Source: an uncultured Methanosarcinales archaeon (GTDB taxonomy: Archaea > Nanobdellota > Nanobdellia > Woesearchaeales > CAXGTL01). From it: DNA of 64,000 bases. Location of the stretch: assembly GCA_964535955.1 (NCBI GenBank), contig CAZHVK010000009.1, positions 1-64,000 of the forward strand, given 5' to 3'. This document shows positions 18,898 to 27,907 of this stretch, in pieces. The notes beneath the pieces were generated by a model. It was given only the letters and a program-made list of their open reading frames with translations, was not told the origin of the DNA and did no database searches. The translations under genes and the position numbers were made by a program. Each line of letters begins with the position of its first letter. Position 1 is the stretch's first letter.

Positions 18898-19686
18898 TTA
18901 ATCATTTCTAAAATATTTAAATGGATCTCCTGGTTTTCTATCCTTTTTTTCATGGTGCAGCCAAATGGCTACAAGAACATCATAACATTGTAGACAAAGA
19001 TAACTTGTTTTTATAGATGGGTTTCCTGCACACTTTGACACTTCTTTAGGATATAAACTTGGATTTCTTATATCTTTATGATGGTCATTACATCCTAACA
19101 TATGCACTGCTTCATGTTTTGCTAATTTTTTTATATATTCAGGATTATAAGGATAACTAAGAACAATAGTGCTAAGGGAAAAATCACACCAGCCATCATC
19201 TCTTGTTCCATTTCGTTTTTGTGGTAAATATTTATTTGTAATGACAACATCAGCATGAGGAATTCCTCCTCTCTCAGGATCCTTATATCTTTCTTTTTCT
19301 GTCTGTTCTGCAATTTTTCTAGGGTCCACTGTCTTTTCATCTTTCAATGAATTTTTAATATACTCTTGAGTATTGCTCTCAACACCCCAGAATTCATATT
19401 TAAAATCTAAACCCAGCTCATCTATTAGTTCTTTTATACCAGCACATGCAGAATCCATATAATCTTTTCTTTGGTGTTCAGGAATACTAGAATCAACAAA
19501 AAACCTTATTAATTGTCCTTTAACATTTTTATTAAGCCAACAAGAATTACCTTCACTTGTTTTTAATATATACTTAAGGTTATGTCCTGTTATTTCTAGT
19601 TTTAATCTAATATCTGATCTATTAATAGAATCTAATTTTTCAATACCTACTTGATGTTTTATCCACTTTTTTAGATTTGCATCCAC
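18898..19686 (-). CDS. Zinc metalloprotease, archaemetzincin-like; paralog of 56556..57287
   Basis: HEAVHMLGCNDHH, later Cys and CxxC, PHADVV. Confidence 0.75.
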   Translation of the reverse strand: MDANLKKWIKHQVGIEKLDSINRSDIRLKLEITGHNLKYILKTSEGNSCWLNKNVKGQLIRFFVDSSIPEHQRKDYMDSACAGIKELIDELGLDFKYEFWGVESNTQEYIKNSLKDEKTVDPRKIAEQTEKERYKDPERGGIPHADVVITNKYLPQKRNGTRDDGWCDFSLSTIVLSYPYNPEYIKKLAKHEAVHMLGCNDHHKDIRNPSLYPKEVSKCAGNPSIKTSYLCLQCYDVLVAIWLHHEKKDRKPGDPFKYFRND

Positions 19687-19692
19687 TAGAAC

Positions 19693-20588
19693 TCACTCCC
19701 TAACCCACAAACCTTTTTCTTCTAAAAATTCAAAACAGAAATTCCTTGCTTCTTTAAGNNNNNNNNNNNNNNNNNNNNNNNNNNNNNNNNNNNNNNNNNN
19801 NNNNNNNNNNNNNNNNNNNNNNNNNNNNNNNNNNNNNNNNNNNNNNNNNNNNNNNNNNCCCACAAACCTTTTTCTTCTAAAAATTCAAAACAGAAATTCC
19901 TTGCTTCTTTAAGTTCATACAATGTATGAGCATCACTGTTGATATAAATCTGATCAGCATGATTAAGAACTTTCATCAAATTCTTCATATTAGTTCTTTT
20001 TGTGTATAAGTTAGAACCATTAAACTCGATTGGAACATTATAATGATTAGCAAGATCAATTATAGGCATTACATCAATTGTTTTTTCAAAATAAACAGAT
20101 GCTAAGTGTCCTAAGAATTTTATTTTATTATGAAATCTTTTGATTGCATTTAGATATGCTTCAGTTATCCTTGCACAATCACCTTCATAAACTTTATTAT
20201 ATCTATGCGCTGACAAAACAATAAAATCATTATCCTTGCCTTGGATCTTAGTACAAATATCTCCTTTTTCATTCAAAATATCAGCTTCAACACCAAATAT
20301 AACATTTACATTATTATCAAAAACATTTCTCCATCTTCCTGTTTCACAGATTAATTCACCAGTTACTCTATCTCTAAATGGAGCAACTATTCCTCTTGAT
20401 GTTTTTTTTTGATAACCAAACTTTTCCAGATAATGTTGAGAATGATCTGTAATAGCAATCTCTTCCAAACCTATTTGTCCAGCATATTCTACAATCCTAT
20501 TGATCAATTCTGCACCATCTGAATAAGTAAATGAGTGCATGTGATAATCTTTTTTTCCAGGGTTTACTATTTTATCTGATATGTCCAT
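19693..20588 (-). CDS. PHP-domain hydrolase; 3' end interrupted by an assembly gap
   Basis: DYHMHS..SDG, IAITDHS, NSDAH; collapsing the duplicated gap flanks gives the end GLWVRE*. Confidence 0.85.
19759..19858. other. Scaffold gap whose flanks overlap
   Basis: About 55 bp left of the Ns is repeated right of the Ns. Confidence 0.9.
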
Positions 20589-20688
20589 ATATCTTGGTAG
20601 GATAAAAGGCTTTATAAATCTTTGCATATTATACTATTGGAGAGTAACAACAAAACACAAGAAAACAATGATTATTATGGTTTAGAAT

Positions 20689-20850
20689 TCACTTAATCTT
20701 AGGAACCCACTTATACGCCAGCAAAGCAATCACACCAAGAACTAACCAAAACAATAAAGGCTTTATTCTTTTCATTGCAAACATTGTGATATTCAGAACT
20801 AAGATGATAATTAATATTATAGAAATAATCTGTGTTTTGTTTAATCTCAT
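20689..20850 (-). CDS. 53-aa two-TM membrane protein (not in ORF track)
   Basis: MRLNKTQIISIILIIILVLNITMFAMKRIKPLLFWLVLGVIALLAYKWVPKIK*, starts 3 nt after ileS stop. Confidence 0.6.
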   Translation of the reverse strand: MRLNKTQIISIILIIILVLNITMFAMKRIKPLLFWLVLGVIALLAYKWVPKIK

Positions 20851-20852
20851 AA

Positions 20853-23800
20853 TCATTCCATCTTTTTAAACCAGATCTCTACATCCTTTTCACGAATCTT
20901 TTCTACAGAATGTATAGCCAGCTTTTTAGTAGGTTCTAGCTGAGAAATCTTTATCAATTCAGCACCAGTCTTCATCTTGATTAATTTCTCATGAATTTCT
21001 AGTCCTTTTGCAAGCTCAGAATCAACCTTAATTACTAAACCAATCTTATCAGTCTTTTCCAGACCTTCCTTCTTACGCAACTGCTGAATCCTACGCATTA
21101 TTTCACGAGCAAAACCTTCTGCTTCAAGCTCATCATTAAGTTGTCTATCAATAAACACCATTCCATACCTAAACTCAGCTTGTTTCAGAGTATCAGGAAC
21201 ATCCCTTTCAACTAATATCTGATTTTTCTTAACATCATAAGTTTTATTATCAATAGTTAGAATCAGCTTACCTTCTGACTCCAGCTTCCCAAGTACAGTT
21301 TCAGCACTCAAAGCAGTTAATTTACTAATAATCTTAGTAGTATCAGCTTTAAACTCAGGTGCAAGTTTTGAATAATTAGCTTTTATACTTAATTTAACAT
21401 TTGGCATTTTTTTAGTAATGCCCACTTCTTTAACATTAACCTGGATCTTTATTATTTCAACCAATGTTCTTATTGCAGCCTTAACATCTTCATTATTAGT
21501 TTCAACATATAGCCATGATAAAGGCCAACGCAAACCTAGTCTACATTTTTCTCTTGCACCTAACCCAGCTTGTATTATTGATTTAGCAATCCCTACCTGT
21601 TGTTCTAGTTTAGTATTTATCAAAGATTCATTATACTTAGGCCAGCTAAGTAAATGTACTGACTCTTCTTCAAAACCAAACTCAGACTTAAAATTCAAAA
21701 ATATTCTTTCACATATGAATGGAGCAATTGTTGAAAACATTTTTATACAATCCATAAACACTCTGTAGATAGTATAAAGAACAATCTCTCTTTCTTTAGG
21801 AGTTCCAACAGATGATTTATCTCTTACCAATTGTATATAAGTTCTTGATAATTCCAAAAACAATTCTTCAATCAACCATGGCACTTCATTTAATCTAAAC
21901 TCTTCATAAGCAAGAGTAACTTTCTTAATAATTGAATTAAGTTTAGACACAATATACTTTTCTTCAGTAGAATAAAGATCTTCGAGACCTTTGCTGCATT
22001 TACTAGGATTAATTTTTAATTCTTTTGACAGATTTATTATCAACTTATGCAGATTCCATAATATAAACAAATTCCTGTGCTTTATTTTCATGTCTTCAAA
22101 ATTATAATTAAGATCAACACCTGGAACAGAACCACCAATCATATAATAACGAAACGTATCTGCACCATATTTATCAATCACTTCTGCTGGAACAATATAA
22201 TTACCTAAACTTTTACTCATTTTTCTTCCTTTAAGATCAATTGCCCATCCATGCATATAAACAGCTTTATAAGAAGGTTTTTCCATGGCAACCATTGAAC
22301 ATACAAGTAAAATATTAAACCACCCTCTTATCTGGTCTTTTGCTTCTATAATAAACTCAGCAGGAAATAATTTCTTAAATAATTCTGTTTCCTGAGGATA
22401 ATTAAGACATGTCCAGGATGTTGTTCCTGCATCTACCCATACATCAAGCACATCTAAGATTCTTGTCATATTACTGCCACACTTACATTTTAATTTGACT
22501 TCATCTATCCATGGTTTGTGTAAATCAGGAGGTATATCATTAATTGCTTTTTCTTTTAGCTCTACAATTGAACCAATTACTTCATATTCTTTGCATTTGT
22601 CACATTTCCATACTGGTAATGGAGTACCCCAATACCTTTGTCTTGTGATTGAATTATCACGAAGATTTGCTAACCATGAATCAAACTGACGATCACCAGC
22701 CCATTTAGGAACCCATGTAACTCCTTTATTGATTTCTCTGAGATTGGGTATCAGGTCTTCAACCTTGAAAAACCATTGTTTAGTAGTTTTAAATATAACA
22801 GGTTTATGACAACGCCAACAATGTGCATACTCGTGCTCAACTTCTGACTGAGCAATCAATGCACCTGCTTCATCAAGTGCTTTTACAAACTCAGCATCAT
22901 CTTTTTTAGCAACTAAACCAGAAAATTTGCCCATTGAATTAGGAAACACACCTGTTTCTGATAAATTATTAAAAGGAGGAATATTATTTTTGTGCCCAAC
23001 TTCATAATCTTCTGGACCGCACCCAGGAGCTAGATGAACCAACCCACTACCTGCTGAAGTGTCAACATACTCAGCAGACAAAACAACAGTATGCACTTTA
23101 GGATGTTTTTTCTTCATCTCCTGATAATCAATCTCTCCTTGGAATGGATGTTTGTATTCAAGCCCTTCTAATTTTTCTCCTTTAAATTCTTCTAAAATTT
23201 TGCAAGTATGATCAGTAAAATTTTGTATAACCATTCCACCCAATGCTTTTGACAAGATCCAAACTTCATCTCCAACTTGTGCTTTTATATATTCAAGATC
23301 AGGATTAACCATAACACCTAAGTTGTATGGAATTGTCCATGGCGTTGTTGTCCATATTATTAAGAATTCTTTTTCTTTTCCTATTATTGGAAATTTCAAG
23401 AATATAGAATTATCTTTTACATTTTCATATTCTAGTTCATGCTTTGCCAATGCAGTTGCACAATGACCACACCATGTCATTGTTTTCAAAGCTTCATACA
23501 AACGATTATTTTCATGAGCTTTTTTAACTAACCACCATTCTGCTTCTATGAATTCATTTTTAATAGATTGATATGCATTTTCAAAATCCATCCACACACC
23601 TAATCTTGAGAAATCTTTGTTCATAAGTTTCATATTATCTATACAGAGCTGTTTACATTCATTTACAAACTTTTCCATACCAAATCTAATAATCTCTTCT
23701 TTATGTTGTAAACCTAATTTTTTCATAGTAGCATTTGCTGTAGGTAATCCATGCATATCATAACCAGCTCTATCCCATACATCGATGTTGTTCATTCGTT

Positions 23801-23996
23801 TAAATCTAAGAAAACAATCTTTTAATGATTTGTTCATTGCTGTTCCAATATGTACTTTGCCAGATGTGTATGGTGGTCCATCTAAGAAATAGAATTTCTT
23901 TTTACCTTTATTCTTATCTTTAACTTTTTTATAGATCTGACCTTTTTGCCAAAATTTCAGTATTTCTGGCTCAAAATCTAATGGATTGTATTTCAT
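20853..23996 (-). CDS. ileS: Isoleucine--tRNA ligase
   Basis: DGPPY..G.VHIGT, WTTTPWT, RQRYWGTPLP, KMSKS. Confidence 0.97.
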   Translation of the reverse strand: MKYNPLDFEPEILKFWQKGQIYKKVKDKNKGKKKFYFLDGPPYTSGKVHIGTAMNKSLKDCFLRFKRMNNIDVWDRAGYDMHGLPTANATMKKLGLQHKEEIIRFGMEKFVNECKQLCIDNMKLMNKDFSRLGVWMDFENAYQSIKNEFIEAEWWLVKKAHENNRLYEALKTMTWCGHCATALAKHELEYENVKDNSIFLKFPIIGKEKEFLIIWTTTPWTIPYNLGVMVNPDLEYIKAQVGDEVWILSKALGGMVIQNFTDHTCKILEEFKGEKLEGLEYKHPFQGEIDYQEMKKKHPKVHTVVLSAEYVDTSAGSGLVHLAPGCGPEDYEVGHKNNIPPFNNLSETGVFPNSMGKFSGLVAKKDDAEFVKALDEAGALIAQSEVEHEYAHCWRCHKPVIFKTTKQWFFKVEDLIPNLREINKGVTWVPKWAGDRQFDSWLANLRDNSITRQRYWGTPLPVWKCDKCKEYEVIGSIVELKEKAINDIPPDLHKPWIDEVKLKCKCGSNMTRILDVLDVWVDAGTTSWTCLNYPQETELFKKLFPAEFIIEAKDQIRGWFNILLVCSMVAMEKPSYKAVYMHGWAIDLKGRKMSKSLGNYIVPAEVIDKYGADTFRYYMIGGSVPGVDLNYNFEDMKIKHRNLFILWNLHKLIINLSKELKINPSKCSKGLEDLYSTEEKYIVSKLNSIIKKVTLAYEEFRLNEVPWLIEELFLELSRTYIQLVRDKSSVGTPKEREIVLYTIYRVFMDCIKMFSTIAPFICERIFLNFKSEFGFEEESVHLLSWPKYNESLINTKLEQQVGIAKSIIQAGLGAREKCRLGLRWPLSWLYVETNNEDVKAAIRTLVEIIKIQVNVKEVGITKKMPNVKLSIKANYSKLAPEFKADTTKIISKLTALSAETVLGKLESEGKLILTIDNKTYDVKKNQILVERDVPDTLKQAEFRYGMVFIDRQLNDELEAEGFAREIMRRIQQLRKKEGLEKTDKIGLVIKVDSELAKGLEIHEKLIKMKTGAELIKISQLEPTKKLAIHSVEKIREKDVEIWFKKME

Positions 23997-24015
23997 GTGA
24001 TATAGAAGTAGATAA

Positions 24016-24040
24016 ATGGTTTATAAAGTTTGCTATGTTG
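24016..24040 (-). promoter_or_regulatory. TATA-containing promoter of ileS, duplicated at 25103..25127
   Basis: ATGGTTTATAAAGTTTGCTATGTTG versus ATGGTTTATAAAGTTTGCTGTGTTG (24/25). Confidence 0.65.
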
Positions 24041-24042
24041 TG

Positions 24043-24164
24043 GGCTCCATCCAAAATATCTGTCTGTGCCATCGATGTCATCAATGGCTTGTCATTGATG
24101 GCATGGCCAGATGGAGTTTTGTGAGCAAAGTGAGCAAAACGGAATAGGATTTTTGGATGGAGTT
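24043..24164 (+). mobile_element. MITE-like family A copy 2, without the module
   Basis: Ends GGCTCCATCCAAAA / TTTTGGATGGAGTT; aligns to copy 1 except for the 54-bp module. Confidence 0.75.
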
Positions 24165-24203
24165 TATATTGAATATGAGATTCATAATTCTTAGATAAAC
24201 TCA

Positions 24204-25082
24204 CTAAATCACAAGCACAAACCCAACAAATATCAAGACAATAGAAAGCAATTTCAAAGCAATTGTTGACTTGTTTATCTCTTCTTTTAATATTTTAGGC
24301 AGAAATAAACTTATTATTATTGTAAACAATAACACAAAGAATGCATTAAGAGATGATAATGTCCTTACAAGGGTTATAAACCCTACAGATGCAGCAATTG
24401 TTACAAATAAAACTCCCCCTAAGTTAAGAACTTCACTTAAAGAAATCAATCCAACAACTTTTGGCTTTTTGAATGATGATTTTAATTGTTTATAACTAAT
24501 AAAAAAGAATGGTATTAATGCTAAGAATGTACCAATTCTTGAATATGAAAATATTGTCCAATAATCTGCAAAATCCAAAAGATATTTTGTTAAGACATCA
24601 TTCACAGCTAATGCTAAGCAACTCAATACCATAAACCAGAATGCTTTTCCTAAGCTAATATTTGTAATCTTTCTTGATGAAATTAAAACAGAACCAACAA
24701 TCATTAAAAAAATACCAATATATTTTGAAAAAGTGAATATCTCTCCTAAGAAAATCGCAGCAAGTATAACAACAAACACTTGAGTTAAATAAAACAATGG
24801 AATTATTCTAGAAACTTCTTCTATTTGGATTGCTTTAAAATAAAATAAAACCATAAGTAAATAACAAAATCCTGCAATAAATGCTACAAATATATGAAAA
24901 TATGATAATTCAGAAAAACCTTTGAAAAAATACATAAAAATACTTATCACTAATCCAATTATGCCAAATAACATAACAGGAATAATTGGTGTTTTTACTA
25001 ATTTTGTTAAAACATATTTATCAATAATATTGACAATTGCCCAAACAATTGCTGCTAATATTGAAAATAATATCCATGACAT
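24204..25082 (-). CDS. EamA/DMT family transporter
   Basis: About 10 TM helices in two repeats; AAIFLGE, ILKEEI. Confidence 0.9.
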   Translation of the reverse strand: MSWILFSILAAIVWAIVNIIDKYVLTKLVKTPIIPVMLFGIIGLVISIFMYFFKGFSELSYFHIFVAFIAGFCYLLMVLFYFKAIQIEEVSRIIPLFYLTQVFVVILAAIFLGEIFTFSKYIGIFLMIVGSVLISSRKITNISLGKAFWFMVLSCLALAVNDVLTKYLLDFADYWTIFSYSRIGTFLALIPFFFISYKQLKSSFKKPKVVGLISLSEVLNLGGVLFVTIAASVGFITLVRTLSSLNAFFVLLFTIIISLFLPKILKEEINKSTIALKLLSIVLIFVGFVLVI

Positions 25083-25130
25083 ATTAAATAATTATTATAC
25101 TGATGGTTTATAAAGTTTGCTGTGTTGAGT

Positions 25131-25243
25131 ATGTGCATAGCGCCAGTATTGGCCAGTGAGCAGGAGTTAATCATCGTAAGAATACAACTGTTGCTCAATT
25201 TGACATGGCATTCACATTGAGTATGCGAACGAGCTATGCACAT
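25131..25243 (+). repeat. Structured family C element copy 1
   Basis: Closing stem ATGTGCATAGC/GCTATGCACAT; core GCCAGTATTGGC-CA-GTGAGC ... GCGAACGA. Confidence 0.8.
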
Positions 25244-25342
25244 GCTATGTTAGTTCACGATTATTAACTATCCCTGCTTTTCCGTGATAATCACATTTAA
25301 CAAAGACTAAAATATTTAAACATCCCCTCTATTAATAAATAT

Positions 25343-25789
25343 ATGACATTAACAGATAAAGAGCTATTACTCTTGAACAGTCTAAGACAGAACTGCAGAT
25401 CCAACCTCAGCAAACTCAGCAAACAAATTGGATTGTCTGTTTCTACATTGTTTAATAAGTTAAAAAAACTAGAAAAAAATCATATACAAAAACATACAAT
25501 AATCCTGGATTATAAAAAGATTGGTTATCCTATTAGAAATCATTTTATTGTAAAACCAGAGAAAACAATTGAATTCAAAAATCTCATATTTAATCATTTT
25601 AATGTAAATTCTATATTTCTTGTTGAAAAAGGTGAGTATTATGTTGACTGTCTTTTTCAGGATTTTAAAGAAATGGACGACTTTATCAATCTTATGGAAG
25701 ATAATGATATAAAAGTCAACCAAGCAATCCACATAATTGAGGATATTAAGGTTGAAGAATTCTCAGGTTATGATGTTGATACTTTGTGA
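25343..25789 (+). CDS. Lrp/AsnC transcriptional regulator
   Basis: N-terminal wHTH, LDYKKIGY linker, RAM domain. Confidence 0.88.
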   Translation: MTLTDKELLLLNSLRQNCRSNLSKLSKQIGLSVSTLFNKLKKLEKNHIQKHTIILDYKKIGYPIRNHFIVKPEKTIEFKNLIFNHFNVNSIFLVEKGEYYVDCLFQDFKEMDDFINLMEDNDIKVNQAIHIIEDIKVEEFSGYDVDTL

Positions 25790-25904
25790 TGAAAAATTAC
25801 AAATAATAAAGAATAAAAAAAGAAAGTACAAAAACCAAATAAATAAAACACAAAATATAAAACCAAAAACAACAAAACAAAGAAAAAACAAATAAAAAAA
25901 ACAT

Positions 25905-26369
25905 TCAACCACAATTCATTAAAATTAGCTCAGGATTTGCCATAAACCCTTCTCTCTTTATCTCGTCTATGATATAATAGGTTTTCTTGTCTTCAATTGT
26001 AAACTTTTCTTCAAGCTTTTCAATAAAATCCTCAGCATCTTTGACATGTTTAAACACACCTTCTATTAAAAAGTCAAAGCCATTATTCACTTTATACACA
26101 GAATTCACTAATTGATGTTTTTCAAGAAACATCTTCGCCGAGTCCCTGTCAGTCTTATTCACTTTTACCATGATATTTGCTTTTGTATGAAACCCTAACT
26201 GTTTAAAATCAATCAATGTAGTATGTTTTTGTATCAATCCTTTTTGAAAAGCTCTTAACTTATCATATAATGTTGATACAGGTACATGGATCTTTTTGCT
26301 TAACATTGTTAACCTCATTCTTCCATTATTTCTTAAATGTGCAATCATTTTTAGATCTTTTTCTTTCAT
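25905..26369 (-). CDS. Lrp/AsnC transcriptional regulator
   Basis: LRNNGR.RLT.LSK HTH, IDFKQLGF. Confidence 0.88.
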   Translation of the reverse strand: MKEKDLKMIAHLRNNGRMRLTMLSKKIHVPVSTLYDKLRAFQKGLIQKHTTLIDFKQLGFHTKANIMVKVNKTDRDSAKMFLEKHQLVNSVYKVNNGFDFLIEGVFKHVKDAEDFIEKLEEKFTIEDKKTYYIIDEIKREGFMANPELILMNCG

Positions 26370-26380
26370 TTTATTCCTCC

Positions 26381-26493
26381 AAATGTGTCTGGCGCCAGTA
26401 TTGGCAAGTGAACACCCATTACATGGTTACACGATCAGGGCTTTCTAAGCACCATTGCTGAACATGGAAAGTGCGAACGAGCCAGACACATTT
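26381..26493 (+). repeat. Structured family C element copy 2
   Basis: Closing stem AAATGTGTCTGGC/GCCAGACACATTT; same core as copy 1. Confidence 0.8.
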
Positions 26494-26569
26494 TCAACCT
26501 CCATAAGGCAATTGTCTATATTTTTTAGGGATCTGTTGATTCTGTTTGTCAAACCTGTACTTCTTCAAA

Positions 26570-26623
26570 TGTCAGAATCATACAATGATTCTGATCATGC
26601 TCAGAAACCTTTGGTTTCTGACA
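26570..26623. repeat. 54-bp double-hairpin module outside families A and B
   Basis: TCAGAATCAT-ACA-ATGATTCTGA, TCATGC, TCAGAAACC-TTT-GGTTTCTGA. Confidence 0.9.
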
Positions 26624-26821
26624 TACCCTAAACTTTTCTCTATACCACATATTTTTATCATTTTCATCCCTCTTTTACATATTAAATCACGACTCAATTT
26701 CATGAAATCATGTTTTAAACGTGATTATTATAGTAGATAGTAAAGAAGATATATAAAAAGTTCGGCCTAATTTTCCTTAAAAAGCACAATATTTATATAT
26801 TATACGTGATTATTAGGCATT

Positions 26822-27907
26822 ATGTCAGATAAATTTAAGGGTCATATGCTTGAAAGAGTAGACAAAGATATAGTAAAACTAGATCTCACATATAGGAAAA
26901 TACTGTTTTTATTAGGTACAAATCCTAGATTTTCAATAGAAAAAATAAGCAAAATTACAAGATTGTCTAGAGATGTTGTTGCATATAGAATTAATAAGCT
27001 AAAAGAACTAAAGATCCTTACAGGAGCAATAACTTTATTGAATCCATGGGCATTAGGAGTAGCAATAAATTATACAATATATCTTCAGATGCAGAACATA
27101 GAAAAAGAAAAAGAACAAGAATTAATTGATTTTTTTGTTGCACACAAGCATATAAGATGGGTCTCTACATGTGGTGGTAAATATGATATGGGTTTGGTTG
27201 TCAATACAAGAAATATTGAACAATTTAACAAGATCTTTATGAAGATTATTGAAAAATGTGGTGATTATCTTAAAGATTATATTATCTGTGTACCATTTGG
27301 TGAACATTATTGTTATCCTTATTTCTTGATAGAAGATTTCAAACATAAGGACAAGATCGACCTTACAGACAAGTATCCTGGAAAACCAGATTCTTCATTT
27401 CAAAAAGAGATAATAGCAGCACACAAAACACCACAAAGATATGAACCAATAAAATTAGATAAAAAAGATACAGAGATCCTAAAACTGTTAGAGACCAATG
27501 CAGACATGAAAGTCTCTGAAATATCTAAAAAGATTAACCTCTCATCGAGTTCTGTAATGCAAAGGATAAGGCGTTTGATCAAGGAACGGGTTATCTTAAG
27601 GTTTTACCCTATGATATCATATTCATTGATTGGTCTTCAATGGAACATGTTATTTCTTAACCTAAGAAACTATGATGAAAAAAGATTAAGACAGTTGGAA
27701 AATTATCTAATAAAACACCCGCACATAGTCTGGTTTGTCAAATCAATTGGTAAATGGAACTATGAAGTAAGTGTATTTGCAAAAGATGCATCACATTATC
27801 ACAAGATTGTAGTTGATATTCGTAATCATTTCAAAGATATTGTACGGAATTATGAGACAGTAACAATCTTTACACAGTATAAGTATGTATTCTTTAGTGA
27901 GATTTAG
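26822..27907 (+). CDS. Tandem (double) Lrp/AsnC regulator
   Basis: Two HTH+RAM units (GGKYD and IGKWNY). Confidence 0.88.
   Translation: MSDKFKGHMLERVDKDIVKLDLTYRKILFLLGTNPRFSIEKISKITRLSRDVVAYRINKLKELKILTGAITLLNPWALGVAINYTIYLQMQNIEKEKEQELIDFFVAHKHIRWVSTCGGKYDMGLVVNTRNIEQFNKIFMKIIEKCGDYLKDYIICVPFGEHYCYPYFLIEDFKHKDKIDLTDKYPGKPDSSFQKEIIAAHKTPQRYEPIKLDKKDTEILKLLETNADMKVSEISKKINLSSSSVMQRIRRLIKERVILRFYPMISYSLIGLQWNMLFLNLRNYDEKRLRQLENYLIKHPHIVWFVKSIGKWNYEVSVFAKDASHYHKIVVDIRNHFKDIVRNYETVTIFTQYKYVFFSEI

Noticed and set aside
19703..19914. Direct repeat around the N gap and apparent frameshift of the PHP gene
   Set aside because: Unmerged contig overlap; collapsing it restores a normal stop
25790..25904. 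A-rich low-complexity tract
   Set aside because: Consistent with a T-rich terminator region for the minus-strand Lrp gene
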